Source of the DNA: Cellvibrionales bacterium
GTDB taxonomy: Bacteria; Pseudomonadota; Gammaproteobacteria; Pseudomonadales; UBA7434
Assembly: GCA_042090785.1 (NCBI GenBank)
Contig: JBELIP010000001.1
Location: 370,796 to 434,795, forward strand
Direction: 5' to 3'
DNA length: 64,000 bases
Made by a program: the position numbers and the translations under genes. The notes beneath the pieces are model-generated. The model made no database searches. It saw only the letters and a list, made by a program, of their open reading frames with translations, and was not told the DNA's origin. Shown here one piece after another: positions 57,944 to 64,000 of the stretch (position 1 is its first letter; every line of letters begins with the position of its first letter).

Positions 57944-59851
57944 TTAGCTTTCTTTATTAACCGGCGGCTTTCGCTTAGCAGGTTTTTTTGTTTTGCGTTT
58001 ATCACTGTCTTTAAATGATGCGTCTTTACGTGGCTTTTTACTACCGCTGTTACTCGGTTTTTTTCTGGCTCCGCCATCACGAACGGCTTCGCTAGCGCCT
58101 GCGCGGCTAAGCTGCATAGGTTGGCCTTTAACGCGCACTTTTTGTAATAGCTGATAAATATCTTTCGGCATGCCTGGCGGTAAGCCAACAATGCTGTGAT
58201 TGTCATTCAACTCAATGCGACCAATATGTTCGCGATCGAGACCTGCTTCGTTAGCCAGTGCACCAACAATATCTTTAGCCTGTGCGCCGTGGTCTCGGCC
58301 AGCTTCAATACGGTACTGTTCAAACGGGATAGCGTTTTTGTCACCACGATCACGGCGCGGTGATCTTTCGCGTCCGCCATCTCTACTGCCATCTCTACTG
58401 CCATCTCTACTACGAGAGTCACGACTGTTTCTATCGCGGCTGTTACGCTCACCACGATCATTTCGCTCGCTACGCTCACGGCGTGACTTTTTGCTTTCAG
58501 GCGGTGGTGCAATTTGCTCAAGAGGAAACTTGTCACTTAATAAGGCAGCAGCAATTTGTTCGGCAGGTTGCTCGAGTGATTCACATAAGTCTGCAACCAT
58601 TTTATGATAAACATCGGCTATTTTGTTATCAAGGCGCGCCGATAAATCTTCGGCAAGCTTACTTTTACGTTGGTCTGCCAATTGTTGTGCAGTGGGTTTT
58701 TCCCATGCTTGCAGTTTTTGTTTGGTATCTTTTTCAATAATACCTAATAAGCGACGTTCGCGAGGTTGCACAAACAATAACGCTTTACCTAAGCGGCCAG
58801 CACGACCGGTTCGGCCAATGCGATGCACGTAGGCTTCACTATCGTAAGGAATGTCATAGTTAATAACATGGCTTACTCGTTCAACATCAATACCGCGTGC
58901 GGCAACATCCGTTGCAACTAATAAATCTAAAGTCCCTTTCTTAAGACGGGCAATGGTTTTTTCGCGCATCGGCTGGCTAATATCGCCATTAATAGCGGCA
59001 GAGGTATAACCGCGCGCATTCAGTTTTTCGGCAACAGTAACGGTAGCTTCACGCGTGCGGACAAAAATAATAATGGCTTCGGTTTCTTGCGTTTCAAGAT
59101 AGCGTGTTAAGGCATCTAACTTTTCGCCTTGATTAACAATTAAAAACGATTGGTCAATGGTATCAACCGTTGCAGTTTTAGCGGCAATCTTAATTAAGAC
59201 GGGGTCGCTTACATGGCGCTTAGCAATTTGGCGAATACGATCGGGCATAGTGGCCGAAAATAAAGCGGTTTGTCGCGTGTCTGGGGTTTCTGCAAGAATA
59301 GTATCAACGTCATCAATAAAGCCCATGCGGAGCATTTCGTCGGCTTCATCTAAGACAACCGTTTTTAATTGATCGAGCTTTAAACTTTTACGACGTAAGT
59401 GGTCAAGTAATCGGCCAGGTGTGCCAACAACAACGTGAGCACCACGACTTAACGAACGTAATTGTCCGCGCATATCCGCACCACCATAAATAGGTAATAC
59501 GTGAAAATTTTTCATATAGCGGGCATAAACTTGAAACGCTTCGGCTACTTGAATGGCAAGTTCACGGGTTGGTGCTAAAACTAACGCCTGAGGTGAGGTT
59601 TGCTTTAAATCGATATTGGCCAAAATAGGCAAGGCAAATGCGGCGGTTTTTCCCGTACCGGTTTGTGCCTGACCAATAATGTTATTGCCATCAAGTACAG
59701 TGGGTATGGCTTTGGCTTGAATGGGTGATGGTGTTTCATAACCAAGCTTTTTTAGTGACTTTAACAGTGCGTCGGGTAAACCCAGATCACTAAAAGTGGT
59801 TTGTTCTACTTCTGCCTCAGTTTGGCCGGCTTGTTCTGGTGTTTTTTGCAT
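57944..59851 (-). CDS. deaD: DEAD-box ATP-dependent RNA helicase DeaD/CsdA
   Basis: 635 aa. Motifs are Q-motif, AQTGTGKT, DEAD, SAT and HRIGRTGRAG. It has a DbpA-like C-terminal domain and an Arg/Ser/Asp-rich linker. Confidence 0.9.
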   Translation of the reverse strand: MQKTPEQAGQTEAEVEQTTFSDLGLPDALLKSLKKLGYETPSPIQAKAIPTVLDGNNIIGQAQTGTGKTAAFALPILANIDLKQTSPQALVLAPTRELAIQVAEAFQVYARYMKNFHVLPIYGGADMRGQLRSLSRGAHVVVGTPGRLLDHLRRKSLKLDQLKTVVLDEADEMLRMGFIDDVDTILAETPDTRQTALFSATMPDRIRQIAKRHVSDPVLIKIAAKTATVDTIDQSFLIVNQGEKLDALTRYLETQETEAIIIFVRTREATVTVAEKLNARGYTSAAINGDISQPMREKTIARLKKGTLDLLVATDVAARGIDVERVSHVINYDIPYDSEAYVHRIGRTGRAGRLGKALLFVQPRERRLLGIIEKDTKQKLQAWEKPTAQQLADQRKSKLAEDLSARLDNKIADVYHKMVADLCESLEQPAEQIAAALLSDKFPLEQIAPPPESKKSRRERSERNDRGERNSRDRNSRDSRSRDGSRDGSRDGGRERSPRRDRGDKNAIPFEQYRIEAGRDHGAQAKDIVGALANEAGLDREHIGRIELNDNHSIVGLPPGMPKDIYQLLQKVRVKGQPMQLSRAGASEAVRDGGARKKPSNSGSKKPRKDASFKDSDKRKTKKPAKRKPPVNKES

Positions 59852-59873
59852 GGGATACGCCTACTCTTTGGGT

Positions 59874-59960
59874 GCGCCTATTTTTTAGGCATGCCTGATA
59901 TTCAGACACTTAGTTGTGCCTACCCTTAGGTAATGCCTACTTTTTTAGGCATGCCTATGA
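59874..59960. repeat. cluster of GCCTA/TAGGC palindromic units in the deaD 5' leader
   Basis: GCCTAttttttAGGCATGCCT is at 59876-59896 and GCCTActtttttAGGCATGCCT at 59935-59956. A GCCTAcccTTAGG hairpin lies between them. TAGGCATGCCTA is self-complementary. Confidence 0.75.
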
Positions 59961-60297
59961 TTGTGGGTAAACTGACAGTGGCTACTGTGTCCAGATGTTA
60001 GGACGACAGCGTCCAAATAGAGGATAGCGAAGGTCCAATTACTGAGCAGCCTAGACGCGATAATGAAGCTTCGGGAGGCTGTTAAAGTGAGTAGCGGTGT
60101 CAAAAGGATGCGCATTGTACAGCTTTTGCAATGATTAAATAGTGCTGCTTTTGGTAGAAAATGGCACTATTTAAGCGGCATAAGACGCAAACGTGTCTAT
60201 AGAGCGTAAGTTTCTTGGGTGGCGGGTACTGGCGTTTAACGGCTTAATATTAGCGGTTAGAGGCTTTTAGGTTCAAGGAGTCGCCATAAAGCAGCTG

Positions 60298-61425
60298 TTA
60301 GGCCGATGGGTTTAAGCGCTGGAGTGCCCATTCAATGTGTTCATTAAGCAAGGGTGAGTAGTTAAGCCTGCCTTGCAGCGCGGCAATGGCTTGGCTGCTG
60401 TTCTCGCCGTTGCCTAAACCAACCGCGAGGTTGCGCAGCCAGCGTTCATAGCCAATACGGCGAATGGGCGAGCCCTGAGTTTTTTGCTCAAATTCATCTT
60501 CTGTCCATAAAAACAAATCGACCATGCTGGCGTTATCGAGGCCATGGCGGGGGCTAAAGTCTTTTTCGTCGGTCGGTTTGGCAAATTTATTCCACGGGCA
60601 AATGAGCTGGCAGTCGTCGCAGCCAAATACGCGATTGCCAATTAAGCCTCGCAAAGGCTCAGGAATACTGCCTTTGAGTTCAATGGTTAAATAAGAAATG
60701 CATTTTCTAGCGTCAAGTTCAAAGGGCCCATTAAAGGCTTTGGTGGGGCAAATATCGAGGCAGGCGGTGCAACTGCCGCAATGTTTGGTGGTTTGAGGTG
60801 TATCTATTGGCAGCGGCAAATCGGTAAATAGCTCGCCAAGAAAAAACCATGACCCCATACTCGAGTTAATCAGCATGGTGTTTTTGCCAATCCAGCCTAG
60901 CCCAGCTTTTTCGGCAAAGGCGCGCTCTAACACGGGAGCGCTGTCGACAAAGGGCCGTTGCGACCTTTCGCCAGTGTGCTCGATAATAGTATCAGCCAGT
61001 TGCTTTATGCGTTTGCGAATTAACTTATGATAGTCGCGGCCCAGCGCATAGCGAGATAAATACGCGGTGCGAGGATGGTCTAGCAGCTTGATGGTTTCAA
61101 CATTGGGTGGTAAGTAGTCCATTCTAAGGCTAATGATTCGCAAGGTTTTTTCATGCAGCACGGTCGGGTCCCGGCGCAACGCTTCGTGGTCGGCCATATA
61201 AGTCATTTCGCCATGTAGGTTTTTATTTAGCCAGCGGCGTAAGTGTTCACTGTGTTCGCCGGGGTATGTGTCGGTAATCCCCACTTGTTGAAAGCCTAGC
61301 TCACGCCCCCAGCGTTTAATATTGTCAGCCAGCGCAGCGAGTTCGTTCTCCGAGTAAGTAGATACTAAGGGCGGGCTTACTGAGACTGCAGTGGCCGAGG
61401 ATGCTGAATTAGACTTATCTTTCAC
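60298..61425 (-). CDS. queG: epoxyqueuosine reductase
   Basis: 375 aa with two 4Fe-4S motifs (CGSCTACLDICP, CDDCQLICP). Confidence 0.88.
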   Translation of the reverse strand: MKDKSNSASSATAVSVSPPLVSTYSENELAALADNIKRWGRELGFQQVGITDTYPGEHSEHLRRWLNKNLHGEMTYMADHEALRRDPTVLHEKTLRIISLRMDYLPPNVETIKLLDHPRTAYLSRYALGRDYHKLIRKRIKQLADTIIEHTGERSQRPFVDSAPVLERAFAEKAGLGWIGKNTMLINSSMGSWFFLGELFTDLPLPIDTPQTTKHCGSCTACLDICPTKAFNGPFELDARKCISYLTIELKGSIPEPLRGLIGNRVFGCDDCQLICPWNKFAKPTDEKDFSPRHGLDNASMVDLFLWTEDEFEQKTQGSPIRRIGYERWLRNLAVGLGNGENSSQAIAALQGRLNYSPLLNEHIEWALQRLNPSA

Positions 61426-61611
61426 ACAAATAACTCGTGAGCTGAGTGGCTGTTAATGTTGTTTGACTCTTATAATAACTTTTTTAGAGCTACGATGCGC
61501 GATGCGATACAATTCTTAATTGAATAACTCAATACCTGCTTAATAGCGATTTTAGTAATAGAGATCTTTAGCAATAAAGTGATAATGACCTAAAAGGTTC
61601 TGCCTGACAAA

Positions 61612-62202
61612 ATGATACTGCCCGAACCCATAAGCTATCAATTAAGCGATGAAGCCGCAACAGTAGCGCTTGGGCGTCAGTTAGCACTGTCAATTGCAAA
61701 GGCGAATGGTTCACGTGGTTTATGTATTTATTTACTCGGTGACTTGGGCGCGGGAAAAACCACTTTAAGCCGAGGCATTATTCAAGCTTTTGGGCATACG
61801 GGGGCGGTTAAAAGTCCAACCTACACCTTAGTTGAGCCTTATAAGGTGGCCGATAGCCAAGCTAATTTAAGGTTAATTTATCATTTTGACCTCTACCGTT
61901 TGGCTGATGCCGCCGAGTTAGAGTTTTTGGGTTTGGATGATTATTTTACTGAATCATCGTTATGTTTAGTTGAATGGCCGGCTCGTGGTGCAGGGTTTAT
62001 TCCCGAAGCGGATATTACTTTAACGTTAAGCGACCTTGCTTTAACAGAAGACCAGTCGGCGGTTATTGGCAGGCAATTAAATTGTCAATTTTTATCACCC
62101 GCAGGCGAGCAGGTATTGCTAACATTGCAGGCGAATTACGATTCAGCATTAGTGGAGAATAAAACCGCGAATACATTGAATAGCAATTTAACCAATGAAT
62201 AA
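61612..62202 (+). CDS. tsaE: tRNA t6A37 biosynthesis ATPase TsaE (YjeE)
   Basis: 196 aa. It has the P-loop GDLGAGKTT and the motifs SPTYTLVEPY and HFDLYRL. The C-terminal extension of about 40 aa is longer than usual. It overlaps the amiB start by 8 nt. Confidence 0.85.
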   Translation: MILPEPISYQLSDEAATVALGRQLALSIAKANGSRGLCIYLLGDLGAGKTTLSRGIIQAFGHTGAVKSPTYTLVEPYKVADSQANLRLIYHFDLYRLADAAELEFLGLDDYFTESSLCLVEWPARGAGFIPEADITLTLSDLALTEDQSAVIGRQLNCQFLSPAGEQVLLTLQANYDSALVENKTANTLNSNLTNE

Positions 62203-63574
62203 CTGTAGCGCATTGATGATGATAAATAGAAGTAGGGCTTTGTTGGCCCAATTGGCAATGCTGTTAGTGATGATGCTGGCGACGCTGGCGTCATCGCTAG
62301 TGACTGCTGCTGATATTGAAGGTGTCCGCTTATGGCGTGCGCCCGACCATACGCGCGTGGTACTCGATTTATCCGATGTGGCTACGTTTAAGCATTTCAC
62401 CTTAAGTAATCCTGATCGCGTTGTTGTGGATATTGAAGGCGCAAAGCTCAAGGCAAAAATCAAAAATTTAGATTTAAGTCGCAGCCCTGTTAAAAAGGTA
62501 CGTGCTGCTACGCGCAATAAAGAGGATTTGCGTCTAGTTTTTGATTTAAGCGAAAAGGTAAAACCCAATACTTTTTTACTTGCAGCTAACCAGCAGTATG
62601 GTGACCGACTCGTTATTGATTTATATGATCGCGAGACAAAACCAACGGCAGTTAAAACAGCATCAAACAATAACGGCAAACGCGATATTATTATTGCTAT
62701 TGATGCAGGTCATGGCGGCGAAGATCCTGGTGCGCTTGGCCCGCGTAAAGCGCGTGAAAAAATTGTGGTTATGGCGATTGCTCGCGAAGTAAAAAAACGC
62801 TTTGATAATATGCCTGGCTATCGAGGTGTGTTAGTGCGTGACGGTGATTATTATGTTGGCTTGAGTAAGCGCCGTGCTATTGCCAGAAAAGAGCAAGCTG
62901 ATTTATTTATTTCAATTCATGCCGATGCCTTTACCGACAAGTCGGTAAGTGGTGGTTCGGTTTACACCTTGTCACAGCGTGGCGCGTCAAGTGCGTCGGC
63001 GCGCTTCTTGGCCAAGTCGGCGAACAGTACCGATTTAATTGGTGGTGTAGCGCTATCAGACAAAGATGATGTGTTAGCCAGTGTGCTGCTGGACTTAAGC
63101 ATGACAGCTAAATTGGATCATAGTGTGTTAGTGGGTAAAGAAATTTTACGAGAAATGAAAGCTGTGACTAAACTGCATAAAAATACGGTTGAGCATGCAG
63201 GCTTTGCAGTCTTAAAAACACCGGATATCCCGTCGGTATTAGTAGAAACCGGTTTTATTTCTAACCCCAAAGAAGCGCGACGTTTAACTACCTCATCGCA
63301 TCAAAAGAAATTAGCTCGTGCTATTGTGCGTGGCACAAGTGCCTTTTTTAATCGGCATGCTGTTGAAGGAACAATGGTTTATTGGCTGAACCATAGTGGT
63401 CAATCAATAGCGGCAGCCGGTAGTAAGGAAACGTATAAGATCAAATCTGGTGATACGTTGTCGGAGCTAGCGAGTCGGTTTTCTGTGTCGCTTTCGGAGT
63501 TGCGTCGTTACAACAGTCTTTCGGGTGATAGCATTCGCGTTGGGCAAGTATTAAAAATTCCGCCGCGTTCATAG
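62195..63574 (+). CDS. amiB: N-acetylmuramoyl-L-alanine amidase (AMIN + Amidase_3 + LysM)
   Basis: 459 aa. It has a signal peptide, an AMIN domain, the catalytic motifs IDAGHGGEDPGA...SIHADA, and a C-terminal LysM (YKIKSGDTLSELA). Confidence 0.88.
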   Translation: MNNCSALMMINRSRALLAQLAMLLVMMLATLASSLVTAADIEGVRLWRAPDHTRVVLDLSDVATFKHFTLSNPDRVVVDIEGAKLKAKIKNLDLSRSPVKKVRAATRNKEDLRLVFDLSEKVKPNTFLLAANQQYGDRLVIDLYDRETKPTAVKTASNNNGKRDIIIAIDAGHGGEDPGALGPRKAREKIVVMAIAREVKKRFDNMPGYRGVLVRDGDYYVGLSKRRAIARKEQADLFISIHADAFTDKSVSGGSVYTLSQRGASSASARFLAKSANSTDLIGGVALSDKDDVLASVLLDLSMTAKLDHSVLVGKEILREMKAVTKLHKNTVEHAGFAVLKTPDIPSVLVETGFISNPKEARRLTTSSHQKKLARAIVRGTSAFFNRHAVEGTMVYWLNHSGQSIAAAGSKETYKIKSGDTLSELASRFSVSLSELRRYNSLSGDSIRVGQVLKIPPRS

Positions 63575-63641
63575 TTGTTAAGAAATGTTTTTATAGCGCA
63601 TTTTGTTAAATCATTTAACCTAATATCAACGATAATTTTTT

Positions 63642-64000
63642 ATGGCAAAAATTAAAAAACTGGATACGCGTCTTGCAAACCAAATTGCAGCAGGCGAGGT
63701 GGTCGATAGGCCTGCGTCAGTATTAAAAGAACTGATTGAAAATAGTCTTGATGCCGGCGCGAGTCAAATTGATGTTGAAGTAGAAGCAGGTGGCACCAAG
63801 CGGGTATTAGTGCGTGATAATGGTTCCGGTATTGCGCAAGAAGATATGGCGCTAGCTTTAGATTCGCATGCCACGAGTAAAATATATGATTTAGATGATC
63901 TCGAAGCTGTGTCGACACTGGGTTTCCGTGGTGAGGCGCTTGCCAGTATTAGTTCAGTTTCTCGTTTAACTTTAACCGCTAATACGGTAGAGCAAGCCGA
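63642..64000 (+). CDS. mutL: DNA mismatch repair protein MutL, N-terminal fragment (continues beyond the window)
   Basis: Manual translation from ATG 63642 gives [40 protein letters not shown]...[19 protein letters not shown], the canonical GHKL N-terminus. The tsaE-amiB-mutL order is conserved. Confidence 0.9.
   Translation, partial: MAKIKKLDTRLANQIAAGEVVDRPASVLKELIENSLDAGASQIDVEVEAGGTKRVLVRDNGSGIAQEDMALALDSHATSKIYDLDDLEAVSTLGFRGEALASISSVSRLTLTANTVEQA

Noticed and set aside
57925-58740. Several ORFs (57925-58206, 58200-58607, 58207-58536, 58360-58740) overlapping the deaD 3' half.
   Set aside because: They are products of the repetitive Arg/Ser/Asp-coding region of deaD read in other frames or on the other strand. 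The DeaD frame is continuous and conserved.

Overview
This is a chromosomal window dominated by housekeeping genes, from a moderately AT-rich gammaproteobacterium. Its gene order follows Pseudomonas/Oceanospirillales-type synteny blocks:
- hslO-hslR-yrfG
- engB / cytochrome c4 - dsbA - GGDEF
- pntAA-pntAB-pntB
- trmL, then ntrC-ntrB
- parE-yqiA-cpdA-yqiB / tolC
- waaA, then glnA
- LysR / gcvT-gcvP
- cytochrome c5, rep, RR-GGDEF-EAL, comM, ubiK / glnK-amtB, then a second P-II gene
- sutA-like, yigB-xerC-yigA-dapF-lysA-lptM-argH
- algZ-algR-hemCDXY
- ppnP, deaD, queG / tsaE-amiB-mutL

About 60 protein genes are supported. I recognised no rRNA, tRNA, CRISPR array, transposase, prophage or defence island. 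Nitrogen control is prominent: three loci carry hand-identifiable NtrC sites and/or sigma-54 promoters.

I did not find a convincing multi-gene novel system. The best leads are:
1. An unassignable 180-aa basic protein sitting behind two overlapping LexA (SOS) boxes at 2557-3194.
2. A visibly AT-rich islet with an orphan GTG-initiated sulfotransferase-family gene, divergent from a shikimate-kinase-family gene. It is bordered by short duplications and an 18-bp direct repeat (32014-34019).
3. A rep helicase gene with no in-frame ATG/GTG/TTG upstream of its Walker A motif, next to an A8 tract.
4. A palindromic REP-like intergenic repeat family placed just after terminators at three sites.
5. A cluster of GCCTA/TAGGC palindromes in the deaD leader.
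6. A 0.9-kb ORF-poor region with a 54-codon ORF ending in a 15-bp x4 tandem repeat.

All motif coordinates were indexed by hand and may be off by 1-2 nt. All family assignments come from reading the translations, not from database searches.
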